Positions 1 through 9,429 of a stretch of DNA of 64,000 bases are shown in pieces. The notes beneath the pieces are model-generated. The model worked only from the letters and a program-made list of their open reading frames with translations, was not told the DNA's origin and made no database searches. The stretch spans positions 174,839 through 238,838 of the forward strand of contig JAHFNH010000001.1 of the NCBI GenBank assembly GCA_023267435.1, written 5' to 3'. The DNA comes from Candidatus Nomurabacteria bacterium (lineage in GTDB: Bacteria; Patescibacteriota; Minisyncoccia; Phycocordibacterales; UBA9973). The translations under genes were made by a program, and so were the position numbers. The first letter of the stretch is position 1, and the number at the start of each line of letters is the position of its first letter.

Positions 1-30
1 TTTGCAATTTTTGCTGGTTTATGCTAGGAT

Positions 31-300
31 ATGCACATGTTAGCTACAAAGAAAAAACAAGCAGTTATAAAGAAAAACCAAGTTCACGACAAAGATACAG
101 GTTCTCCTGAAGTTCAGGTAGCTGTGTTGTCTACTCAGATTGATGAACTTGCAAAACATTTAAAGAAACACAAGAAAGATCTTCACTCTCGCCGTGGTCT
201 TATCAAGATGGTTGCCGACAGACGCACACACCTGAAGTATTTAATGAGAAAAAGTAAACCTCGTTATGATGCATTGATGAAGAAAATGGACTTAGCTTAA
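31..300 (+). CDS. rpsO: 30S ribosomal protein S15
   Basis: 89-aa protein with S15 signature GSPEVQVAVLSTQI...HSRRGL..MV..RR.LLKYL. The start may instead be the second Met at 37. Confidence 0.9.
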   Translation: MHMLATKKKQAVIKKNQVHDKDTGSPEVQVAVLSTQIDELAKHLKKHKKDLHSRRGLIKMVADRRTHLKYLMRKSKPRYDALMKKMDLA

Positions 301-320
301 TTAAAAAAATACAAAACAAA

Positions 321-350
321 AAACCCGCATTATGCGGGTTTTTTGTTTTT
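321..350 (+). terminator. Intrinsic terminator after rpsO
   Basis: Stem cccgcat/atgcggg followed by a T-run. Confidence 0.7.
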
Positions 351-385
351 GAACTTTTAAATAGAAATTCTATTTATTGTTCTAG

Positions 386-2137
386 CTAGCGGTCGTTTTC
401 AGTGTTGTTTCCTTCACTGTTATCATCGTGTTTACGATCATCTGACCACTTTGCTGCTTTCTTGATCCAGTCTCCGACAATGCCAGTTACTTTATCGTTG
501 TTTTTGCCACTTAAACTAGGGCAACCAAACTTAAGTCTACTGTCATTCTCTTCACCGTCTCTTTTCTTATTGTCTTCTCTATCACTGTCGTTATAATTAC
601 CTTGGTCTTCGTTGTTCTTATCATCGATACTTTCTTTAGTTTGTTTATGGTCGATGATTTGAGCACAACTACATCCTCTGGTGTCAACCAAACTTACAGC
701 TTTTGCTGGAACGATATTTGGCTTCTTGGCTGTTCCAATGTTTGCCATCCAAGTCAATGCACCGTTTACATTAAACACTGCAAGATTGTTTGGCTTCAAT
801 GTTGTAACTGTATCAGCTACAGTTCCAGGACATTGATCAACTTCATCGGCGACTCCGTCTTTATCTGCATCTTTTACTCCGCAAGTAGCTACTACAGGGA
901 ATGACAAAGTTAGTGTTCCTTGATTTGGATCAAGAACAACTCCTACTGTAGTTGCTTCTCTACCAGGGGCTCTGCGTAGGGCAGGGGTTTGTGATTTAGT
1001 CAATTGCATTAATTGATCTACGTTCAATGAACTTGAATAACTTTTTCCACCGTCTGCAGACAATTCATTTGTTTTTGAACCTAAACTAAGAGTTCCTGGA
1101 TCAAAATAGAAATCTCCACCATCTGGTGCTACGTATGTAGTATTTGCTTTTGAAAGTACAACATCGTTTGTTGTTGTAGGTGCAACTGTATCAAACTTCA
1201 ATGTTCCATTTACTGCATCATATACAGCGTTGGTTAATGTGTATGTAGCTTTTGTTGTTACATCCATCATATATATAGTACCTGTTTTTGCTGTCATGTT
1301 GGCATCAAATTTAGGCATCCAATCTATATTGTTTGGAGAAAACTGTACATTTATATTGTCAGATACTAATGATCTTCCATCAAAAATTACTAGACTTAGA
1401 GGTGTTTTAAGTGTTGGATTTGTTTTATCCATAGTAACAGTTGTGTTACAAGGATCAACTGGAGGAGTACAATTATTTACCATTGATAATTTCAATGTTC
1501 CTAAATTGTTATCAGCTACCACAGAAATTTGTGTCACTACTCCTGCTGCATCCTTTACATACAATGTGGAATAATTCATTAATTCTGCTTTACCTAGAGA
1601 AGGAACGAATTTTACATTGTCGACAGAGAATGTAGCCGTTTTTGATGATAATGAAAATGTATTTACATCAAAAGATAAATCCACGCCCTTTACTGTTACT
1701 ATAGGATTTGTTTGTGAAAGTACAACGGTTGTTGTAGCTGTCACAACATCAAATGTAAGGGAAGCTCCTATTATATCAAATTTTGCATTAGTGAATGTTG
1801 TCGCTGCGTCGATAGTCTTTGTTGTTGAATAATAGAATATGCCTGATTTTGACATTAAGGTTGCCATATCAAAAGATTGAAACCAATTAGTTCCATCACT
1901 TGAAAATGCACCATTCATATTATTTGATACTAATGTAGATCTACCGTCATAAGTTATAGTATCTCCTGTGGATGTTGTATAAATGGTGTTTGTCTTATTA
2001 AGACTAACAGTTGTAGGTGGACAATTTGTCACAACCTGACCTCTTGTTAGATTTGCTATATAAACGATACCAGCAATAACAGCGACAGCTGCTAAGCCGA
2101 GGAAAACTTTGTGATGAATTTTATGCATGTTAAACAT
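386..2137 (-). CDS. Large secreted/surface protein with N-terminal signal-anchor and beta-rich S/T/N repeats. It has a thrombospondin type-3-like Ca-binding repeat (DADKDGVADEVDQC) and an acidic low-complexity C-terminus.
   Basis: 583-aa ORF with a hydrophobic N-terminus (LGLAAVAVIAGIVYIA). A DxDxDGxxDxxDxC motif is present. The LRRAPGREA motif is shared with the 1239-aa protein at 37608. Confidence 0.6.
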   Translation of the reverse strand: MFNMHKIHHKVFLGLAAVAVIAGIVYIANLTRGQVVTNCPPTTVSLNKTNTIYTTSTGDTITYDGRSTLVSNNMNGAFSSDGTNWFQSFDMATLMSKSGIFYYSTTKTIDAATTFTNAKFDIIGASLTFDVVTATTTVVLSQTNPIVTVKGVDLSFDVNTFSLSSKTATFSVDNVKFVPSLGKAELMNYSTLYVKDAAGVVTQISVVADNNLGTLKLSMVNNCTPPVDPCNTTVTMDKTNPTLKTPLSLVIFDGRSLVSDNINVQFSPNNIDWMPKFDANMTAKTGTIYMMDVTTKATYTLTNAVYDAVNGTLKFDTVAPTTTNDVVLSKANTTYVAPDGGDFYFDPGTLSLGSKTNELSADGGKSYSSSLNVDQLMQLTKSQTPALRRAPGREATTVGVVLDPNQGTLTLSFPVVATCGVKDADKDGVADEVDQCPGTVADTVTTLKPNNLAVFNVNGALTWMANIGTAKKPNIVPAKAVSLVDTRGCSCAQIIDHKQTKESIDDKNNEDQGNYNDSDREDNKKRDGEENDSRLKFGCPSLSGKNNDKVTGIVGDWIKKAAKWSDDRKHDDNSEGNNTENDR

Positions 2138-2483
2138 TTTTTTTAAAATTAAATTAATAAATTATTTTTATAATATTTTCTTTAAAACAAAACATTAGAG
2201 TCCGGTTTTTCTTTAACCAGAATCTTGTAACGACCTATTGTGTTTTTAAAGAATAACCAACTAATTGGTATATGGGATAATTTTAAACCGACAAGAACCT
2301 TAAGTCAAGGATTTAATAATTATCTTAATTTAAGTATTAATTACTTGATTTAATCAAGAAATGTTATAATTTCTTTAGGTCGATTTTTAATAATTTTATT
2401 AATTTTAATTTTAAGCGTCGCGCTTCAACAGTACGCATACCCCAAGGGTGATTCTGTTGAATCACATGATTTCGCTAAATCAT

Positions 2484-2990
2484 ATGACAGTCATAAAACA
2501 TAAAGAACAGAGAGTTGGAGTTTTTATCGATACGCAAAACGTGTATCACTCCGCTCGTAATTTGTATAAAGCGAGAGTGAATTTCGGTGCAGTTTTGAAA
2601 GAAGCGGTGGCGGGTAGAAAGCTCGTCCGCGCAGTCGCGTATGTCATCACCACAGAAGCTGGTGAAGAGAAGAATTTTTTTGAAGCTTTGACCAAGCTCG
2701 GTATCGAAACCAAGACAAAAGATTTGCAAATTTTTCATACTGGTACAAAGAAAGGAGATTGGGATGTGGGTCTCGCAGTGGACGCGATTAAAAATGCTCC
2801 GCGCTTGGACACTATCGTTCTTGTTTCCGGTGACGGTGATTTCGTTCCGCTTGTAGAATATCTTCAGACGATGACGCAAGTAGAAGTAATTTCTTTCGGA
2901 AAATCTACTTCTTCAAAACTCCGTGAAGTAGCAGACGACTTCGTGGATCTCTCAGAAAATCCTAGAAAATATTTATTTGGTAGTAAATAA
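2484..2990 (+). CDS. NYN-domain (LabA/DUF88-like, PIN-related) protein
   Basis: Motifs VGVFIDTQNV and SGDGDFVPL are typical of NYN/LabA. The ORF track starts at 2448; the Met at 2484 is preferred. Confidence 0.65.
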   Translation: MTVIKHKEQRVGVFIDTQNVYHSARNLYKARVNFGAVLKEAVAGRKLVRAVAYVITTEAGEEKNFFEALTKLGIETKTKDLQIFHTGTKKGDWDVGLAVDAIKNAPRLDTIVLVSGDGDFVPLVEYLQTMTQVEVISFGKSTSSKLREVADDFVDLSENPRKYLFGSK

Positions 2991-3000
2991 AAAGAAACAC

Positions 3001-3038
3001 AAAAGCCCCCGAGCATAGCTCGGGGGCTTTTGCTTTTT
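3001..3038 (+). terminator. Intrinsic terminator after the NYN gene
   Basis: Stem gcccccgagc/gctcgggggc plus a T-run. Confidence 0.7.
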
Positions 3039-3242
3039 ACCCTCAAAATGCTAGTATGATCAGTAGTTTTATTAGTTAATCAGTTCGCGTCTAGACACAA
3101 AGTAGTGTTCCATATCTAGGTATACAAAGTGTTAATCAACTAGTCATTCAAGAGGTTAATCACTTGGTTACAGAGATAGAGAAACAATACTGCAGTCTGG
3201 ATACGAACTAAACCTTTTCACAAGAAGTGAAAAGAAAAAAAT

Positions 3243-5363
3243 ATGCACAAGAAAGAGTATTCGATAGAAGTTGGCGGTAAAACATTAACCGCTATTTTTT
3301 CAGATTTGGCAGATCAAGCGCACGGTTCCGTGATGCTGAAATATGGCGAGACGATAGTCCTCGCGACTGCTTGTATGTCGAAAGATAAACAAGCTGGTTT
3401 AGGATTTTTTAATTTAACCGTCGACTATGCAGAAAAGTTTTATGCTGCAGGAAAAATTTTAGGTTCACAATATGTTCGTCGTGAAGGCAAACCTTCGACC
3501 GAAGCCATCCTTGCATCTCGCGTGATCGACAGAACTATCCGTCCTCTCTTTGATCAGAATCTTCGACACGCAGTGCAAGTGATCATCACAGTCATTGCTT
3601 GCGATGATAATGACCCAGCGATGCTTGCGGTGAATGCCGCATCTCTCGCTCTCGTTGTTTCAAACATTCCATGGAAGGGTCCGATCGGTTGCGTACGCGT
3701 CGGAAAGTACGATGACGAAAATTTGAAAATAAATCCTTCAACAAAACTTCGCGAAGAAGAATACCCATACAAATTTGATCTGACAGTTTGTGGAAGAGAA
3801 GGAACTATCAACATGATCGAAGCAGCCGCTCGCCAAGTGAAAGAAGAAGAACTAACCGAAGCCCTCGAACATGCCAGTGCAGAAATAACTAGACTCGAAG
3901 ATTTTCAGAAAAAAATCCAGTCAGAAATCGGCAAAGAAAAGAGAGTAATAATTCATGACAAAATCAGTGAAGAATCTGTCGCTTTATTTAAAGAAAATAT
4001 TTTACCTAAAATGGAAGCAGCAGTTTTCGCTGGTCCTGGAAAAAAGAAAATTGATGAACTTCATAACGAATGGAATAATTTGGTAAAAGAAAAATATATC
4101 AATGGTGACAGAAAAGATTTTCAGCTTGAAGATGATATTTTTGATGAAACAGAAAATGATATGCTTCATGAAAAAGCTATCAAAGAAAACAAACGTGCCG
4201 ATGGTCGCACAATGGATGAAGTGCGTGAACTCTATGCTCAGGCTGGAGGTCTCTCAAAAATTTTGCACGGTTCAGGAATATTTTATCGTGGAGGTACTCA
4301 CGTTCTTTCTGCGCTGACACTTGGTGGACCGGGAGATAAACAAGAAGTGAATGGAATGGATGTTCAGTCTTCACGCAGATTTATGCATCACTACAATTTC
4401 CCTCCATTCTCAGCCGGAGAACCAGGACGAAGCGGATTTACAAATCGTCGCGAGATAGGACACGGAGCTCTCGCTGAAAAAGCTGTCGCGATGGTTTTGC
4501 CTAGTATCGAAGAATTCCCATACACGATTCGTATCGTGTCTGAATCAATGGCATCGAATGGTTCCACTTCACAAGCAAGTATCTGTGCATCAACTCTCGC
4601 GCTCATGGATGCTGGTGTACCGATTAAAAATCCTGTCGCAGGTATTGCGATGGGTTTGATGCATGCGACTGATGATGAATATAAAATTTTGACCGACATC
4701 CAAGGTCCAGAAGATCATCACGGTGATATGGATTTCAAAGTTGCTGGTACTCGTGAAGGTATCACTGCAATACAGCTCGATGTGAAAGTAGATGGTGTGC
4801 CGATAAAAATTCTTTCTGAAGCGATGGCGCAAAGTAAAAAAGCTCGTTTAACAATCCTCGACACAATCGAAAAAGAAATTCCAAAACCTCGCGCAACTAT
4901 TTCTCCAAGTGCTCCAGAAATTTTAGTTATCAAAATCAAACCAGAACAAATCGGGGGAGTCATCGGTTCCGGTGGAAAAATAATTAAAGAGATAAAAGAA
5001 AGAACTGGCGCAGAAATAACTATCGAAGATGATGGTACTGTGTACTTCACAGGTCGTGACGGTTCTGCAGGAAAAGCAAAACAAATCGTGGAAGAAATGA
5101 CACATGAATTCAAACCCGGAGAAATCTTGCAGGGCGAGGTAGTAAAAATTGCCGACTTCGGAGCATTCGTACGTCTGAACTCTGCGACCGATGGTATGGT
5201 TCATATTTCTGAAATTGCTCCTTTCCGTGTAGAACGCGTAGCTGATATAATAAAAGAAGGTATGATCGTGCCGGTGAAAGTCATCGCTATCGATGCACAA
5301 AGAGGAAAGATTAGTCTTTCGATTAAAGAAGCAGACAAAAATTTCTTCGCACCGAAAGTTTAA
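3243..5363 (+). CDS. pnp: Polyribonucleotide nucleotidyltransferase (PNPase)
   Basis: 706 aa. Two RNase PH domains and C-terminal KH and S1 domains are recognisable. It lies in the conserved rpsO neighbourhood. Confidence 0.95.
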   Translation: MHKKEYSIEVGGKTLTAIFSDLADQAHGSVMLKYGETIVLATACMSKDKQAGLGFFNLTVDYAEKFYAAGKILGSQYVRREGKPSTEAILASRVIDRTIRPLFDQNLRHAVQVIITVIACDDNDPAMLAVNAASLALVVSNIPWKGPIGCVRVGKYDDENLKINPSTKLREEEYPYKFDLTVCGREGTINMIEAAARQVKEEELTEALEHASAEITRLEDFQKKIQSEIGKEKRVIIHDKISEESVALFKENILPKMEAAVFAGPGKKKIDELHNEWNNLVKEKYINGDRKDFQLEDDIFDETENDMLHEKAIKENKRADGRTMDEVRELYAQAGGLSKILHGSGIFYRGGTHVLSALTLGGPGDKQEVNGMDVQSSRRFMHHYNFPPFSAGEPGRSGFTNRREIGHGALAEKAVAMVLPSIEEFPYTIRIVSESMASNGSTSQASICASTLALMDAGVPIKNPVAGIAMGLMHATDDEYKILTDIQGPEDHHGDMDFKVAGTREGITAIQLDVKVDGVPIKILSEAMAQSKKARLTILDTIEKEIPKPRATISPSAPEILVIKIKPEQIGGVIGSGGKIIKEIKERTGAEITIEDDGTVYFTGRDGSAGKAKQIVEEMTHEFKPGEILQGEVVKIADFGAFVRLNSATDGMVHISEIAPFRVERVADIIKEGMIVPVKVIAIDAQRGKISLSIKEADKNFFAPKV

Positions 5364-5380
5364 GAAATTAAAAATAAAAA

Positions 5381-5420
5381 ATTCCCCACAAGATCTAATC
5401 TGTGGGGAATTTTGTTTTTC
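5381..5420 (+). terminator. Intrinsic terminator after pnp
   Basis: Stem ttccccaca/tgtggggaa plus a T-run. Confidence 0.7.
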
Positions 5421-5421
5421 A

Positions 5422-6021
5422 TTAAGAATAGTCAAAAACTGCATGTACTTTTTTATCTTCTATAATTTTAAGTTTACGCTTCATTCGCCATTCTTTTTCT
5501 GCTCTTTCATAATTATGTTTTTCTGGCATATTATCTATGCCTGTATTAACAAGTGTTACAAAAGTTTTTAATCTAGTCACATCTTTCTCAAGTGTTTTTA
5601 AAAGAAACATTCCTACATCTGAGGATCCGTCATTCATCATACTTTTAATGAAACCTGAAACATAATGCTTTGGTGAATAGTGCATAAGAGCTTCTCTTAG
5701 ACAATCAATCGCAACAGAATAATTGATTTCTTTATTTTGCTCTTTTGCTTCTTTTATGAAAAAAATCATATTACTTAATTCAGGATGCGGGTAACACAAT
5801 TTTTGTACATAAAATCGTATTAAAGCTTTTTCAAAATATGTATATTTTTTTGATTCACCACTTTTGATTAAATTAAGCATTTTTGAACAATTATCCGAAA
5901 CCATAATTTCATAGAATTTTATTTTTTTCATATGTCCACACGTAAATTCCCAAATTGCAATTACTATTGTAGAGTTCACAAGGGTTATAACCCAATACAA
6001 AGGATCTTTTAATGTTTCCAT
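5422..6021 (-). CDS. Hypothetical protein
   Basis: 199-aa ORF with no recognisable motif. Confidence 0.4.
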   Translation of the reverse strand: METLKDPLYWVITLVNSTIVIAIWEFTCGHMKKIKFYEIMVSDNCSKMLNLIKSGESKKYTYFEKALIRFYVQKLCYPHPELSNMIFFIKEAKEQNKEINYSVAIDCLREALMHYSPKHYVSGFIKSMMNDGSSDVGMFLLKTLEKDVTRLKTFVTLVNTGIDNMPEKHNYERAEKEWRMKRKLKIIEDKKVHAVFDYS

Positions 6022-6213
6022 TTTATTTAATTTTTAAGTTACAAATAACACTATTGTTATTCCGAGATAAGTATAGCAGATTGTCAATATAATGTCAAGT
6101 ATATTCGTCATAATATATTAAAATAATCTATATAAAATAAGCTATAATAATACTATTTAAAATAATGTGGGATTGACTTGACACAGATATAACAAATAAT
6201 ATATACTTAAATT

Positions 6214-6996
6214 ATGAAAAAAGAACTTTCACCAATTGAAAAACAGTTGAAAATAATAGGTCTTTCGGAAAATGAAATCGTTATGTATATGGCGCTTTTG
6301 GAACTTGGAAAAGGGACCGTTTCTCAGATATCAAGAAAAGCATTACTAAATAGAACGACTGGCTATGATGTTTTGAATAGATTGTCGTCAAAAAAACTGA
6401 TTAGTATTTCTGGAAAGGAACCAAAACAAGAATATGTCGCTGAATCACCAGATAATATCGAAAAGTTAATTGCAGGAGAACTGGAACGAAGACAAAATGA
6501 GTTAAATGAAGCAAGACAAATTATTCCAGAGCTTAAATCTATGCACAATGTAAGCGGTCGTCCGCAGATAAGATTTTATGAAGGTAAAGATGGTTTGAAA
6601 CAAGTATACGAAGATACGCTTAGTTCACACGAGCCGATTCTCGCATATGCTAGTGTTGATGATGTTCACGCTGCGCTTCCCGGATATTTTCCAACATATT
6701 ACAAGCGCAGATCGAAAAATGGTATATCTATCAGAGCAATATTTACAGATAATCCTGAAGGACGAGAACTTTCAAAACACGACAAAGAAGAAATGCGTGA
6801 ATCAGCTTTTGTTCCAGAAGATAAATTCGGATTTCACCCTGAAATAAACATTTACGACAATAAAGTGATGATCGCTTCATGGCGGGAGAAATTGGGAATC
6901 ATTATTGAATCAACTGAGATTGCTGATGCGATGAAAAAGATATACGAGCTGGCTTGGGCTGAGGCGAAAAGATTAGATAAGGAAATTACAAAATAA
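6214..6996 (+). CDS. TrmB-family winged-HTH transcriptional regulator
   Basis: N-terminus LKIIGLSENEIVMYMALLELGKGTVSQISRKALLNRTTGYDVLNRL resembles the TrmB HTH. Confidence 0.6.
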   Translation: MKKELSPIEKQLKIIGLSENEIVMYMALLELGKGTVSQISRKALLNRTTGYDVLNRLSSKKLISISGKEPKQEYVAESPDNIEKLIAGELERRQNELNEARQIIPELKSMHNVSGRPQIRFYEGKDGLKQVYEDTLSSHEPILAYASVDDVHAALPGYFPTYYKRRSKNGISIRAIFTDNPEGRELSKHDKEEMRESAFVPEDKFGFHPEINIYDNKVMIASWREKLGIIIESTEIADAMKKIYELAWAEAKRLDKEITK

Positions 6997-7062
6997 AACC
7001 ACTTTACAGTAGCTTTACAGTAATAAAAATACTACTTTACAGTAGATATTATTTCTGATAGA

Positions 7063-8112
7063 ATGGAAATCATGAATGAAGTAATTAAAAAAATTCATAC
7101 TTCTCTTGATAAGGAACCAGCAGGACTAAGGTCTAGTGATATTGCAAAACAAGTCGGAGTATCACGAGTAACTATTCTTTCCCAGTTAAAGAAACTTGAA
7201 AAACAAGGGTTGATTATTCGTTTTGATAATGGACCTAAAACTTGGTATATATTAACCAAACATCAAGATGCTTTATTTCAAAAAGGGCTTTCTTTTTGGA
7301 AAATTTACAAAAACACAAAACTAGAAGAACATATCGTTTTAGAAGAATTACAAAATTACCTTCTTAAAAAGATAAAATTATCTGACCAAGCTAAATCTAT
7401 ATTTGGCTATGCTTTTTCTGAAATGATGAATAATGCGATTGAACATTCTAGGTCCAAAAGAATAAAGGTTGAATGTTCTGTTCAAAAAAAAGATATTATA
7501 TGTGTAATAGAGGATTATGGTATTGGAGCTTTCAATAATGTTAAAACAAAAAAGAGACTTCCAAATGAAACAGAAGCAGCTCGCGAAATTTTGAAGGGTA
7601 AAGTTACCACAGACACAACAGCTCACACTGGACAGGGAATTTTCTTTACTTCACGAGCAACAGACAGGTTTATGATTGAAAGTCATTCCCATGCGATTGT
7701 CGTAGAAAATGAAAATGGAAATAATGTAAGAATAGTAGAATTAAAAAAGAAAATTCGAGGTACTGCAGTTACTTTTTTTATTAAAATAAATACAAAACTT
7801 CATTTAACTAGTGTTTTTAGTAAATATGCGGAAGCTGATATAGATGGATTTAATACAACTGAGATTCATGTTAATTTATATGCAAACGGAGACCATCTTG
7901 TTTCTAGGTCACAAGCAAGACGTATTGTTGTTGGGCTCGATAAGTTTTCAAAAATAATTTTTGATTTTTCAGGAATTGCTCATATAGGACAGGGATTTGC
8001 TGATGAAATATTCAGAGTTTTTGCAAAAAAATATTCAACAATCGAAATAAAACCAATTCATATGAAAAAAGAAGTGAGCTTTATGGTAAGGAGAGCACGA
8101 GCTGAAAAATAA
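7063..8112 (+). CDS. Fusion protein: winged HTH + GHKL/anti-sigma-type ATPase (HATPase_c) + C-terminal STAS-like DUF4325
   Basis: N-terminal wHTH (SDIAKQVGVSRVTILSQLKKLEKQGLI). N-box AFSEMMNNAIEHS and DYGIG of GHKL kinases. C-terminal SRSQARRIVVGLDKFSKIIFDFSGIAHIGQGFADEIF matches DUF4325/STAS. Confidence 0.6.
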   Translation: MEIMNEVIKKIHTSLDKEPAGLRSSDIAKQVGVSRVTILSQLKKLEKQGLIIRFDNGPKTWYILTKHQDALFQKGLSFWKIYKNTKLEEHIVLEELQNYLLKKIKLSDQAKSIFGYAFSEMMNNAIEHSRSKRIKVECSVQKKDIICVIEDYGIGAFNNVKTKKRLPNETEAAREILKGKVTTDTTAHTGQGIFFTSRATDRFMIESHSHAIVVENENGNNVRIVELKKKIRGTAVTFFIKINTKLHLTSVFSKYAEADIDGFNTTEIHVNLYANGDHLVSRSQARRIVVGLDKFSKIIFDFSGIAHIGQGFADEIFRVFAKKYSTIEIKPIHMKKEVSFMVRRARAEK

Positions 8113-8153
8113 ATTTATTGTGTATAATAAAGATATTATTGAATAATTAAAAT

Positions 8154-9005
8154 ATGGAAACAGAAAATAATAAAAAAAATAAAATTGTTAAAACTTATGC
8201 CGAAGATATGGCGAAGGTTATTGAGAGCAACGAAGCTGGAGTTGTGAGAGAGATAATTCATGAAAAGGAAGAGCAGGAAATGCAAAAGGAGAATCTATCT
8301 CCGGAAAGCAAAAGAAACAAAATGTTTATGCTGATCGGCATTGTTTGTATTTTTTTGGCTTTAGGTTCGATTGTTTTTATTGTCGTATTTCGACAGCAAA
8401 TTTTTTCTGTATCAGTCGCTCCGCAGTTCGTGCCGTTGATTTTTACTGACAAGGCGCAATTTGTGGAAGTGGGTGGTTTGGCAAAAGATAAAATCGCTCA
8501 GACAGTCTTAAATGAAGTGAATGCTACACAAGTGAAAGGTGGCGGAGTGGAAGGTATTTATCTGACAGAAAATAAGGCAGTTTTAGGATTGAGAAAATTT
8601 TTAACTCTAATCAAGGCGAATATCGACCAGACTCAGATGCAATTCGTGGATGATAACTTTTTAGTTGGCGTGGCAAAGAATGACACGAATGATTTATTTA
8701 TTTTATTGAAAACTCGTTCTTTTTCCGATATCTTTCCGCAAATGCGTAGTTGGGAACCGAAGATGTTTTCTGATTTGCATGGATTCTTCGGAGTGCCGAT
8801 TTCTGTCGATACGAATTATTTGTTGACCAAAAATTTCGAGGACGGAGTTATTGCTAACAAAAATGCCCGCATTCTTCATGATAAAGACGGCAAGATAGTA
8901 TTGATGTATGTATTTGTGGATGATACGTCTGTATTAATAACCGATACCGAGACAGCCACCAGCGAAGTAATCCTCCGCCTCGCTTCGAGCCAGATTAAGA
9001 AATAG
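8154..9005 (+). CDS. Single-pass membrane protein of unknown function
   Basis: One TM helix (MFMLIGIVCIFLALGSIVFIVVF) followed by a ~200-aa extracytoplasmic domain. Confidence 0.5.
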   Translation: METENNKKNKIVKTYAEDMAKVIESNEAGVVREIIHEKEEQEMQKENLSPESKRNKMFMLIGIVCIFLALGSIVFIVVFRQQIFSVSVAPQFVPLIFTDKAQFVEVGGLAKDKIAQTVLNEVNATQVKGGGVEGIYLTENKAVLGLRKFLTLIKANIDQTQMQFVDDNFLVGVAKNDTNDLFILLKTRSFSDIFPQMRSWEPKMFSDLHGFFGVPISVDTNYLLTKNFEDGVIANKNARILHDKDGKIVLMYVFVDDTSVLITDTETATSEVILRLASSQIKK

Positions 9006-9057
9006 ATCATCAAAATGGGCCATTTGCCATTAATCTTTAAAATGTTATCATACCAGT

Positions 9058-9417
9058 ATGCCATTAGATAAGAAAAAAATTAAAGAAGAATTAGAAAAAG
9101 AGAGAGATATTCTATTAGAAGAAATGAAAGACATGGGTAAATTAAACCCCGAAACAGGCGAATGGGAAGCTACTCCAGAGGAGCAAGACATTCCTGAAGC
9201 TGATCAGAATGATATGGCGGATAGATTTTCGAACTTTGAAGAAAAAAGTTCAATGATTAGAGATTTAGGCGCTAGGTTAAATAATATTTTACGCGCTTTG
9301 AAAGGAGTAAACAGGGAATCATTTGGTAAGTGTGAAGTTTGCAAAAAGCCTATTGAGGCGGCACGTCTTGCAGCTAATCCAGCGGCTCGAACTTGCAAGG
9401 AACATTTAAACAGTTAA
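9058..9417 (+). CDS. DksA/TraR-family C4 zinc-finger protein
   Basis: C-terminal CEVCKKPIEAARLAANPAARTCKEHL, i.e. CxxC-N17-CxxH, with an acidic coiled-coil N-terminus. Confidence 0.7.
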   Translation: MPLDKKKIKEELEKERDILLEEMKDMGKLNPETGEWEATPEEQDIPEADQNDMADRFSNFEEKSSMIRDLGARLNNILRALKGVNRESFGKCEVCKKPIEAARLAANPAARTCKEHLNS

Positions 9418-9429
9418 TTTTTTAAAAAA

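Noticed and set aside
402-1832. Several plus-strand ORFs (402..596, 602..904, 1230..1574, 1441..1635, 1617..1832)
   Set aside because: They are antisense to the 583-aa secreted-protein gene, low-complexity and without motifs.
2448-2483. Upstream extension (MILLNHMISLNH) of the NYN gene
   Set aside because: NYN/LabA domains start with the hydrophobic strand preceding FIDxxN. The Met at 2484 gives that spacing.
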